Of a stretch of 64,000 bases of DNA, positions 10,400 through 21,710 are shown piece after piece. This DNA is from Octopus sinensis (lineage: Eukaryota), in the NCBI RefSeq assembly GCF_006345805.1, contig NC_042998.1, positions 139,748,001 through 139,812,000 on the forward strand, read 5' to 3'. Both the position numbers and the translations under genes were made by a program. The notes under the pieces are model-generated. The model made no database searches, was not told where the DNA came from, and saw nothing but the letters and a program-made list of their open reading frames with translations. Each line of letters starts with the position of its first letter. The first letter of the stretch is position 1.

Positions 10400-13200
10400 A
10401 ACACCCCCCACACACACACCTACCTACATACCACACGCCTGTTCACACACACACATACGGATACACATCTACGTACACACATTCACACATTTAATCACAC
10501 ATACTTATAGACATACATGCACACACTAACATACAAACCAACATGCACATACATACACACATACATACATACACACACACATACATACTTACACACACAC
10601 ACACACAGACATACATACACACATACATACACACATACATACGCACATACATACACACACACACATCGCACATACATACTTCACACACCTATACTTACAT
10701 ACACACACACACATGCACACATACATGTACGCACACACACATACCCACACATGCACACCTTTACACGAATGCACACACACATACACCTATTTGCACCCAG
10801 GCAACCCCCCCTCTTTTCTGCTTTCTGGTTTTGGTTGATGGATCCTCGGTTCCCGTGGAGCGGGTCGTTCGGGGACCCCGCGCGCGCACGCCTTAGCGCG
10901 TGCTGGGGGTTGGTCGGCCCCATGGGCTTGCGTTGTATTGTTTGTGTGTTGCGTGTGTGAGCGTGCTTCGTGTGTGTGGGCGTGCTTCGGGTGTGTGCGT
11001 GCGTATGTATACATACATACCCACACACACGCATGCATCCCTACCCACATACATACACGCACACCTACTCACACACACACTTACACACACACATACACAC
11101 ACACACACACATACCCGCACACACACACACATACATACATACACACACATACCTACTTCAGACATACACATACACCCATACACTCACACTCACACGCACA
11201 CACACACACACATACACACGCACACGCACACATACACACACACACCTACATACATACATTACACTTGTACACACACACACTTACATTCATACACACACAC
11301 ACCTACACAGCCATACCTTCACTCATACATACACACATACCTACACACACACACAAACACTCACAGACATACACCCATACATACATACACCTATACACAC
11401 ACGCCTACACACATACATACACACATACATAAACACAAACACCTACACATACACATACATACGCACACACACATATACTTACACACATGCACACACACAC
11501 ACACACACTACATACATACATACACCCACACACATACACATACTTACATACTCCTATACGCACATACATACACACAGACATACACACATACACACTCACA
11601 CATACATACACACACATACCTACACACACACACACATGCACACACACACACATACATACTTACACACACACACACACACACACATACACACACACCAACA
11701 TATACACGCACACGCACACATACACGCACACACACACCTACACTCCCACACACATACATACGCACCTACATACACACACACACGCATACACAAGCACACG
11801 CACGCATACATACATATATTACACACGTACACACACACCTACATACACATGCATACACACACACACAAACACACACGGACACACCCATACATACATACAT
11901 ACATACACCTGTACACACACGCCCACACACCTACATACACACACATGCATACACACACACACACGGACACACCCATACATACTTACATACATACACCTAT
12001 ACACACACGCCTACACACCTACATACACACACATGCATACACACACACACATGTACGCACATACACACACATATACGCACATACATATATACCTACACAC
12101 ATGCACACACACATACGCACATTCATACGCATACATGCATACACACACACACGCGCACGTACACATACATACACACACACACATACATACACCCATACAC
12201 ACACATGCATCCTACACACACAGACATACACACTCACACATACATACACACACACTCACTCACACACCTGCATGTACGCGCATACACATGCACCTACACA
12301 CACTTCCACACACACACACGTACATACATACACACTCATACACATACACACACACACACACACGGACATACATCTATATACACACATATACACACACATA
12401 CTTACATACATTCATCGGACACACTGACACCCAGACTTACACACAGACACACTCACACATCCACACACATACATACTTACACACACACTCGCAGGCGCGC
12501 GCACATACACGCTTGTGCACGTTCGCGCATGCATGCACCACGCTCGTGGTTTGACCGACTAGATCTCCTGTACGTATCTGGGGCCGGCGCGTGTCTTTGG
12601 GTTCTCCCACGCCTGTCGCCGCGGGACCACTCTTCCATCTTCCCCTTCCCCCCCCTCCGCTGCAGTTTTTTTTTCCTTAACCCCCCCTCTTTGTACACAC
12701 ACGCACACACATACACACACCCACTCACACACACACATTTGCATATATATATACATTACACTTACACACACTTCAAATTTACTTGCCATACACACAACTA
12801 CGCATACTGGACACACTACCACTCTACACACACACTGGCACGTTACATACGCCCCCACCCTTTCCCTCCTTCCCTTCTTCCCTCCTTCCTCCCATTTTTT
12901 ACCACTGACCACTCACTCGAGACTTGCTATGTCATCTGTTCGCCCTGCACGCGCTAACATATACATATTTTTTGTTTTTTTATCTCGCCTCACACACACA
13001 TACACACACGCACACGCACACACTCACACATACATACACACACACACACACACACATACCTCCCTGTTTCTGACCTGCCTTTCTCACTTGCTAGGGTACC
13101 CCCACACACTCCTTTAACTCTACTACTGCCTGCTACTAGCCACTGTCCACCATACACACACACGCACACACACATACACACACCCTCGTTTTCTCGCACA
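10400..13200. repeat. Complex degenerate (CA)/(CATA)-rich tract of ~2.8 kb with two GC-rich islands
   Basis: Directly visible; GC-rich interruptions at ~10795-10930 and ~12490-12690; an ~85-bp sub-unit recurs at ~11350-11420, ~11870-11955 and ~11955-12045. Confidence 0.9.
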
Positions 13201-13484
13201 CCTTTTTTACCATTCCCTCTTTGATTCAGCTCTCCTGTTTTTAAAAAACATTTTCCTCCTTTTTTACAACTTCCGTCTTTTCAGTATGTGACCTCGTGAA
13301 GACTACCTGCAATTTTTTTTCCTCTGTCCTCCCGTCTCGGGATCTTTCTTTCTCTTATGTTTCCGACGAAGAGCTCCGCTCGAAACGTCATACCCTCCTT
13401 CTTCCATTTTCCTGTGCGCCTAATAATAATAATACTGTAATTGTTCCACGTGTTGTTGTTTTTTCTGTTTTCCCGTTTGGATTA

Positions 13485-13566
<82 letters not shown>

Positions 13567-13705
13567 ATAAAGGGCATTTATGTATAGTAAGGTCCTTAAT
13601 ATAAATAAATATATTTAAGAGGAATAATTGATGGATTTTTCCCTTATAAGGTTTTTCACGTTAACTATTTGATAAATTCTTATAAAGATTTTATCCTATT
13701 TTTCA

Positions 13706-13760
<55 letters not shown>

Positions 13761-13794
13761 CTTACTTGGAAAAGGATGCGTGGCGTTCGATCAT

Positions 13795-14575
13795 ATAATA
13801 TAAATAATATATAAATACATGCATATATACATGCATATATATACATACCTACATATATATGTAAATATACATGCATATATGGGCACAGGACATTAAAAGA
13901 ACGTTGAACACAATGAGAAACGAAAACATAAAAACAAAAACATAGAAACGAACTTTTTTCAAACAACGAAGAACAAACAGAGAAACGAGACATACAACAT
14001 ATAGAATATTCCCCTTCTTCATTTGTCCCTGTTTCATCTACTCCGCAATCCGAAGGTAAGGACAGGACGCGACTTCGTTGAAACAATCCATCCCGCAAAG
14101 CAAATTAAATAAAATTTAATTGAGAACAAAACAGTAAAAACAATAAAAAAGAACAAAACAGTAAAAAGAAACGATGAGGGTTGTTAAGTCAAGACGATGG
14201 AAAAATTATTCTGAACGTTCAAGGAGACGAGCTTATGAAGAGAGAGGATATGACCGTTTAGTCTTTGTGAAGGTAGTAGTCAGAATGATGGCTTCCCGCT
14301 CATCACGTGTTAGCGATGAGAGAGTCGAGGAGGAGGAGTGAGAGAGAAGCGTTCAGAATAATTCATATGTTGTATGTCTCGTTTCTCTGGGTTTTTTTCG
14401 TTGTTTGAAAAAAAGTTCGTTTCTATGTTTTTGCTTTTATGTTTGCGTTTTTCATTGTGTTCAACGTTTTTTTGATGTCCTGTACCCATATACGCATATA
14501 TATATATAAACATATATATGTAGGTATGTACATATATGTATGTATATATGCATATATTTATATATTATTTATATT
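13795..14575. mobile_element. Palindromic repeat element (inverted arms ~200 bp), probably Penelope pseudo-LTR derived
   Basis: 13795-14000 and 14362-14575 are inverted copies (AAACATAGAAACGAACTTTTTTCAAACAACGAA vs TTCGTTGTTTGAAAAAAAGTTCGTTTCTATGTTT), between (TA)n tracts. Confidence 0.6.
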
Positions 14576-14952
14576 ATATATATATATATATTCTTTTCTA
14601 CTCTCAGCACAAGGCCCGAAATTTTGGGGAGGAGGATAGTCGATCAGACGCAACTGGTACTTAAGTTATCGACCACGAAAGGATGAAAGGTAAAGTCGGC
14701 CTCGGTGGAATTTGAACTCAGAACGTAACGGCAGACAAAATACCTATTTCTTTACTACCCACAGGGGGCTAAACACAGAGAGGACAGACAAACGGATAAA
14801 GTCGATTATATCGACCCCAGTGCGTAACTGGTAGTTAATTTATCGACTCCGAAAATCGACCTCAGCGGAATTTCAACTCAGAACGTAGCAGCAGACAAAA
14901 TACCGCTAAGTATTTCGCCCGGCGTGCTTATATAAATATGTGTGTTTGTGTG

Positions 14953-15715
14953 TGTAACGGCAAAAATTGTAACGGTAGAAATTTTATTTGTAACGGGAGA
15001 AATAATTTGTTATTATGATTTGGTACACATTATGATATGTTGTGGTCAGCAGTGGTAACGATAATAATTTGTGGTTATAATTGCATGTTGTAGGATGAGA
15101 AAGATGCACAATGTATAAAGTTTTAAGAAAGTTTTTATTTACCGCTACGTTACATATACCTCGCCTCGACGGGCAGGTTTTGATACATCCAAATGCATGC
15201 GAAAGTAAAGTTTGCTGCGGTAGAATGTTTTCTTTACATAGTTTTACGCATACATATAGTTAGTAGTAATCCACAGATAGCGATAGAATGTTGTTGTGAG
15301 AGGACAGAATTAGAGCTAGAGAGAACGGTAGGGTTTTGTCTCACAGTTGCTTTCTCCCTCTGACCAAGGTTGGTCAGCCAGACCTCGTTGAGTTGTCACC
15401 GGTTGGTGACTAACTGATTTTCGCTTGGGATATGCTAGCTTATATAAAGATCCAGAAGGATAGATATATCATTGAGAACAACATATTTAGTTGGTGGTCC
15501 TGTTATCTATTCTAGCTTTTGGTGAAGTAGAAGAGGTTAGAAAGGGTCAAGTGGTGAAAACATTATTTTGGCCTCGCTAAAAGGCATCTGGAAAATGTAA
15601 AAACTGCTGTCAGAGAAAAAACATTGTTCCACCGTGGGGAAAGTTCTGTAGCAGTGTTAGTTTAAATTTGGCTATAGTGGATCGAATCCACTTCATGCAT
15701 GCAAAATTCGCTACA
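14953..15715 (-). mobile_element. Possible solo LTR
   Basis: Termini TGTAACG...CGCTACA (TG..CA, 6/7 inverted match); minus-strand TATATAAG near 15440 followed by AATAAA near 15135; CpG-retaining unique sequence between microsatellites. No TSD could be resolved. Confidence 0.45.
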
Positions 15716-15769
15716 TATATATATAGTGTACCACCTTTAGTCTACTCGGTGGTTCTTAACATGAGGGAT

Positions 15770-16085
15770 AGGTTCCCTTGATGGAAAGACATTGTGAGCA
15801 TACCAAAGCCTTGTGAGTGGATTTGGTAGACGGAAACTGAAAGAAGCCTGTCGTGTATATGTATATATATATGTGTGTGTTTGTGTGTCTGTGTTTGTCC
15901 CCACAACATCGCTTGACAACCGATGCTGGTGTGTTCATGTCCCCGTAACTTAGCGGTTCGGCAAAAGAGACCGATAGAATAAGTACTAGGCTTACAAAGA
16001 ATAAGTCCTGGGGTCGATTTGCTCGACTAAAGGCGATGCTCCAGCATGACCGCAGTCAAATGACTGAAACAAGTAAAAGAGAGAA
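15770..16085 (+). mobile_element. tRNA-derived SINE (3' portion), abundant family ending ATGACTGAAACAAGTAAAAGA
   Basis: Near-identical to copies at 23596-23930, 24862-25066, 40790-40925 and 56968-57373. Confidence 0.8.
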
Positions 16086-16788
16086 AAGAGAGTAAAGGGG
16101 CTCTAGTCCAGATAAATATATGGGAAAATCATATTCTGGAAAATAGGATAATAAACAAATGCGTAAAATTAACTCAGAATCGTTGCTAGTGGAGTAGGTG
16201 TTCCGCTCGGGCGATACTTTTATGGGGAAAGTATTTTTGGGTCTGCTGTATAAGTCTATATTGGTTTATACTCCGGCGGCACACCTCTCTAGCTAAGTCA
16301 TTACAGATGCTGTTTGATTAATATACACTCGCCTTTTGCAAAATATGGAGTGAAGGGCGTTTGCAAGCCACCATTCAGTGAAAAAGGGTGCTGAGTTCTA
16401 AAAGTTTGAGACCCATTGGTTTACATAAAAAAAAAGAAGAAAAAAATCACTTAGACCCCAGAATGACTACCATCTCTTATAATTAGAACATGGACAAAAT
16501 ACTTGGCAGTTTTAGTCTCATTTTTTTTTCGTCTTACGTTTTGAATTCAGATTTCGCCAAGGTTTCGCCTTTTATCTCTCTAGAAGTTGATAAATTAGAA
16601 AATCTATAAACCGACTAGCACCGTCTTCAAATCAGTAATATTGTATTACAGGTGAGCATCATTTCGTCGCTGTCCAGATTTTGAGTGCAGATCTCCCCTC
16701 AAGTTTTCGAAGACGGACTTCATCCGAAGTATTATAGTTTTCACTCCATAACTTTTACTCTTTCCATTCTTTCTTTAGTATCAATCTA

Positions 16789-18038
16789 TTAGGTTATTCC
16801 GAAAATAATAGCCTATTCCAGAAACATAATTTTATTCTGGAAAAATTAACAATAGAAATATTTTGATTAGTCAAAGTATGAGCCGTGAACATTTATTTAT
16901 GCCTCGTTGATAAAAATTTATTGGCTTTGATGCTAAAAAATCTTTGAAAGCTGATCCCACCTCTGGTTTGGACTTGAAAGTTTTATCACTTAAAAACGTG
17001 TTTAAATGGTTTTTAAAATGGTAGTCAGTGGGTGAAAGATCAGGAGAATATGGAGGATGTGGTAAAGTCTCGTATCCCAAGTCTGTAAGCTTTTGCAGCG
17101 TCATTCTTGCAACATGTGGCTTTGCATTATCGTGGAGCAGAATTGGAACACGCCGATTCACTAATGCAGGTCTCGTTTTTTGAAAGTGAACATTCGTTTC
17201 AGCGAGTTGATTGCAGCAAACCTCGGCTGCAATGCTCTGATTGGCTTTCAGAAAGCTGTAATGGACAACACCAATTGCAAACCACCAGACAGTCACAATA
17301 ATCTTTTGCTAATGCAACTTTGGCTTTGGGAAATGTTTAGGTACTCATCACGATCATGCCATTGTCCTGATCGTTTACGGTTATCATAAAGGATCCACTT
17401 TTCGTCACAAGTGACTATTCGATCTAGAAAGGGATCAATTGGTGTTTCGCAGAAATAGCATGGAGTACACTTCAAAACGCCGAACTTTTTGATTTTCATT
17501 GAACTCATGCGGTACTCATTTATCGAGCTTTTTCACCTTACCAATCTTCTGCAGGTTGCGTGAAATCGTTGCAATACCAATACCAAGTGCCTGAGACATT
17601 TCTCTGACACGTTGACGTAGGTTTTGTTCTACAATTGCTTTCAATTGTTCATTGACAAGACTGCATGGTCGTTCTCTACCTTTTTCATCTTCAAGGCTCT
17701 CATCACTACTATGGAATTTCTGAAACCACCTTCGTACAGTGCGAACACTTGTGGATCCCTCTCCCCATGCTCTGATGATTGTGGCAGCAGTTTGGGAGGC
17801 ATTGTGCCCAAGCTGGAACTCATGCAAGAAAAGTAAGCGAAGGATTTATTTTTTGTCATGTTCATAATTAAGGGCACCTATGCTTCAAGAATGTTTTCTA
17901 TCTGAAATAAGTAGAAAATTATTAAAGAGCATGCATCAATTATTAAGTATGTCGAAATTCACCTAAAATATAATTAAGATACTATGATAAAATTGCATTT
18001 CAAAACACAGAGCGGCCATTATTTTCGGAACAACCTAA
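16789..18038 (-). mobile_element. Mariner DNA transposon (DD34D), full length, frameshifted transposase
   Basis: TIRs TTAGGTTATTCCGAAAATAATAGCC / GGCCATTATTTTCGGAACAACCTAA with TA on both sides. ORF pieces: HEFQLGHNASQTA..TVRRWFQKF (HTH), IVTCDEKWILYDN, LLHDNAKPH, HPPYSPDLSPTDYH. Confidence 0.95.
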
Positions 18039-18113
18039 TAGTAATGCTAATATCTCTTGAATATCTCTTAAATTATTTATATTTATGTTTGCTTTTTGCT
18101 TTATATATATATA

Positions 18114-18305
18114 CGAAGGGGTGCTGAAAAGTTCCTGGCTTTAAGGGTGTCGCGAAAGGACTGGTTGGAAGCCCAATCTTCCAAGTTAATTTACAAAGCT
18201 TAGAAAACTGGAGGACCGCTGCAATAAGTGTGTGAATCTGAGAGGGGATTATGTTGAATAAAATCTTAATTAACTGATCCTCAAGGAACTTTTCAGTACC
18301 CCTCA
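18114..18305 (+). mobile_element. Internally deleted mariner (MITE)
   Basis: TIRs CGAAGGGGTGCTGAAAAGTTCCT / AGGAACTTTTCAGTACCCCTCA with TA flanks; the interior retains a mariner C-terminus (KLEDRCNKCVNLRGDYVE*). Confidence 0.8.
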
Positions 18306-18699
18306 TATGTATATACATGTACATAAAATGTATATATGAATGTATGTATATTTTCCAATGTGTCCTCTACAAATCAGGCTTTGTAAACCAACTGAAGGCC
18401 CATGAGAATCAACGATTACAAATAGACAGTGTGGTCCCACTACATGTTCGATCTGCACAAGACATACAAAAACCAGTCCTGGTCTAAAACCCCACCTAAA
18501 GGTTCATCAACGATTGTCACAAACTAATTAAATTTAATCCTACGCTGACATAAGACCACATGTGGCACTTGTGTTTAATACACTAAGCCATTGGCTGGTT
18601 TGAAAAGCCATATCCGTGCAATGCAAGGATGAAAGTAAATCAGAACAGTCAGACTAAATGTGAGATGGCTATCATCTGACAAGATGAAGCAATCATCAT

Positions 18700-18701
<2 letters not shown>

Positions 18702-18772
<71 letters not shown>

Positions 18773-18785
18773 TACATACATACAT
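18702..18785. repeat. (CA)n then (CATA)n microsatellite
   Basis: Directly visible. Confidence 0.95.
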
Positions 18786-18972
18786 CATCATCCTCATCCT
18801 CATCGTTTAGCGTCCACTTTCCATGCTAGCATGGGTTGGACGGTTCAACTGGGGTCTGGGAAGCCAGAAGGCTGCACCAGGCCCAGTCTGATCTGGCAAT
18901 GTTTCTACGGCTGGATGCCCTTCCTAACGCCAACCACTTCGTGAGTGTAGTGGGTGCTTTTTACGTGCCACC
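18786..18972 (-). mobile_element. Interspersed retroposon 3' end with (GAT)n tail (RTE-tail type family)
   Basis: Shared with copies at ~34990-35175, ~49295-49500, ~54320-54570, ~60150-60330 and ~63530-63810 (CATGCCAGCATGGAAAA..GACGTTAAA(TGA)n end). Confidence 0.65.
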
Positions 18973-19003
18973 GCATACATACATACATAAACATACATTC
19001 ATA

Positions 19004-19508
19004 AACACCAACTCAAGGAATACTGGAATATTCCCATCAAAATGTCTGTCAAATGTAAACATAACAGGCTGGATATTGTTGTTTGGGACAGAGGGGTAAA
19101 GGTATATACCATCATAGAGGTCAGCCGCCCTGCAGATATAAATATCCCTTTGAAAATCAAAGAAAAAGAGGATATCTATGGACAACTGCTTCGAAACCTC
19201 CAGCTTCTATATCCAGACTATGAATTCCTATTCATACCAATAATAATTAGAGCACTAGGGTTTGTTAGTAAATGCTTGAAGGAGAATCTGGATAAACTGG
19301 GATTTTCAGAAATAGAAATCGATCGGCTAATTCGCACATTACAAGTGCAATCTGTGAGTAAAACAGTAAAAATATGCAAGACTTTTCTCAAGTTCCAAAT
19401 GTGAATTTGTCTCTGTTAACTACATCCCAAAGATGAAGCCTTGTATCTTTGTTGGAAACCGGCTCCATCCTCAGTGGAACATTTATAATAATTAAAAAAT
19501 AGAAGAGA
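19004..19508 (+). mobile_element. 5'-truncated non-LTR retrotransposon, restriction-like endonuclease (RLE) C-terminus (R4/Dong/NeSL-like)
   Basis: ORF 19042-19404: HNRLDIVVWD..IIEVSRPADIN..KEKEDIYGQL..FIPIIIRALG matches the RPD..D/E-x-K..KY RLE pattern; both flanks are (CATA)n. Confidence 0.8.
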
Positions 19509-19555
19509 CATACATACATACTATATTATTCTATTCTATTCTATACCATATTATA

Positions 19556-19739
19556 CAGTATTATTATAGGTCTTTTTCAGCCGATTTTATCAATCGGTTT
19601 TATACACAAGTTAGGTTACAAATTGAGACGGTGTTCATTAGAAGGGCTCATATGAAAAGTAAGGCTACACTTTTCATAATATCCCTTCTCGTATGCGAAA
19701 CCGATTAGTAAAATCCGCTAAAATGGATCTGTAATACTG
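19556..19739. mobile_element. Tc1/mariner-pogo type MITE
   Basis: Imperfect ~50-bp TIRs starting CAGTATTA / ending TAATACTG, with TA on both sides. Confidence 0.6.
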
Positions 19740-20388
19740 TATCTTTAAACAAACATGACATACAGATGTTTTTCTTGATTTATGGGGTTTTAGACGGCGA
19801 TATAAATCGTGTGTGTTTTGTCTTTTCTTTTGTTGACTAGAAATTAATCATTAAAGCTAATAATTCAATCTCTTCACTACATTTGTAATTTTAATAGAAA
19901 AAAAATATTAGTTCACTACATTATGTTAGCCTTACTATATATCTTTAATACAGAATACGTCCCTGGGAATTTTTTTTATCATCGCCGTCACCACTATTAG
20001 CTATATTAGTAAATTACGCGTCATGTCGCTTGTTTGTGTGAGAATGTTTGCTCCTGTTAAAAGTGCTAGTTGAATGTCAGTAGTAGATTTGCTTATGTTA
20101 AACTGTTATTAGTAGTCTGTGCACTAAAGATAGTGCTCTTCCTAGGTTAATGCCTTAAGTTAACTGTAATTTAACAATTTTAAACGGGTAGCATACACCA
20201 AAATGTTATCTTGCTCCACATCTAAATAATTGTGACGAAGTGAATGACCTTACTTTACACTTCTTTACCCACCAAACGATAGTTACTTATTTGTCACAAT
20301 CAGAGAAAAAAAAAAAAAAAAAGAAAATAACACATCCAAAGCATAATCTTCTAATCTTAAGCTTTTTATTACTATTATTAATTTTGAG

Positions 20389-21390
20389 AAGGCGGCGAAC
20401 TGGAAGAATCGTTAGCGCGCCGGACACAAATGCTTAGTGGCATTTTCCCCCGACTCTTGACGTTTTGCGCTCAAATCTTGCTGAGATCAACTTTGTTTTT
20501 TATCTTTTCAGAGTCGATGCAATCGACTATCACCCGCCCACAAAATTTCGGACATTTGCATAAAGTAAAATGGATTATTGATTCTGAGGCAGCGAAAGCG
20601 GTGAGCAGGTAGAATCGCTGTTGTGAGTATATCGGGTAAAAATAGCGACATTTCATCCGTCTTTACTTTCTCAGTTCAAATTCCGCAGAGGTTGACTTTG
20701 CCTTTCATCCTCTCGAAGTCGATAAAATGAGTACCAGTTGATTACTGAGGTCAATATAATCGCCTTACATCTTCCCCCGAAATTGCTGGGCTTGTGCCAA
20801 AGTTTGAAACCATTATTAATTTTGCGAGGGGCAAGCTGGAAGAATTGTTAGTGCGTCAGACAAAATTCTCAACGGCATTTTTTCGACCCTTTATTTTCTG
20901 AGCTCAAATCCCGCCGTTGACTTTGCCTTTCAGCCTTTCGGAATCGGTGAAATAAGCACCAATCGAGTACTGGGGTCGATGCAATCGACTACCCCCCCCC
21001 CAAAAAAAAAAATTTCAGACCTTGTACATATAGTGGAAAGAATGATTAATTTTGAGAAAACTGCGAACTGGAAGAATCTTTAGCGCGTCGAACAAAAATA
21101 CTAAGCAGCATTTCTTCCGACTCTTTACATTCTGAGTTCAAGTCCCGCCCAAATCGACTTTGCCTATCGACTCCTTTCGGAGTCGATAAAATACAGTAGC
21201 AATCAAATATTAGGACCCATATAATCGACCATAACTTTCTTCCTCAATATTGCTGGCTTTGCGCCAAAATTTGAAATATTAATAATTAAAATTTTTTTAA
21301 GGCAGCGAGTTCAGCTTTGCTTCTGATCCCTTCGGGGTCGGTATAATCTACTTACCCCCTTCCCTGCCTTAAAATTGTTGGGCTTGGATT
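20389..21390 (+). mobile_element. Head-to-tail array of ~5 SINE copies (AAGGCGGCGAACTGGAAGAATCGTTAGC family)
   Basis: Units start at ~20389, ~20587, ~20828, ~21058 and ~21299; each has GAGTTCAAAT-like B box and GACTTTGCCTTTCATCC..GTCGAT core. Confidence 0.75.
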
Positions 21391-21464
21391 ATTTTTATTA
21401 TTTTCTTTCGTACTTTATACATATATATATACATATATACATACACACGTACACACAACTCCAA

Positions 21465-21600
21465 TTAACGTCAATGTTGCGGTTATCTCCTCTTAGTTAT
21501 GTTTGTTGCTCACTTGGTGGGAGAGCTAATTACGGACAATAATTATCTCCCTTGGCGTAACAACCCGACGCTTTCGAGTTATCCTGTTTACATTTGAACT
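21465..21600 (+). promoter_or_regulatory. Putative GMCL1 promoter/5' UTR
   Basis: CpG-retaining unique sequence directly before the ATG, with GGTTATCTCCTCTT (21481-21494), AATTATCTCCCTT (21541-21553) and GAGTTATCC (21576-21584). Confidence 0.45.
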
Positions 21601-21710
21601 ATGGGCAATGTTTCCTCTTATCTTGGCCACAGATTATTTGAGTCTGGTGTCAAAAGGAAACGAGAATTTATATTAGAAGACAATGAAACGGATTTAGACA
21701 TTCCCAAAAG
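21601..21710 (+). CDS. GMCL1: GMCL1 exon 1 (MGNVSS.. myristoylation-type start, KRKR NLS-like)
   Basis: MGNVSSYLGHRLFESGVKRKREFILEDNETDLDIPK; donor AG|GTAATA; phase 2 fits exon 2. Confidence 0.8.

Larger units (their letters stand above)
9914..13488 (+). mobile_element. 5'-truncated Penelope-like retroelement: GIY-YIG end of ORF, long CA-rich 3' region, pseudo-LTR end
   Basis: ORF 9866-10381 encodes RDLLVHS, a Zn knuckle (PCSRSRCNTC) and the GIY-YIG motif LIYCIKCNLCGMLYVGQTGRRLSDRFTEH...HGLN. The 3' end carries the hammerhead-like CCGACGAAGAGCTCCGCTCGAAACGTC (13363-13389) and ends at (TA)n. That the whole span is one element is inferred. Confidence 0.75.

Noticed and set aside
10900-12957. 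685-aa, 485-aa and 355-aa His/Thr-rich ORFs and the reverse Val/Cys-rich ORFs
   Set aside because: They are translations of a (CA)n-type tract that lacks stop codons by composition; several overlapping frames are open and there is no domain signal.
19425-19470. GATGAAG...GAAACCGG after the RLE ORF as a hammerhead
   Set aside because: There is no CUGANGA box and helices I and II cannot be formed convincingly.
20389-21390. CRISPR-like repeat-spacer array
   Set aside because: The units are ~200-240-bp diverged SINE copies in a eukaryotic context; there are no short identical repeats and no cas genes.
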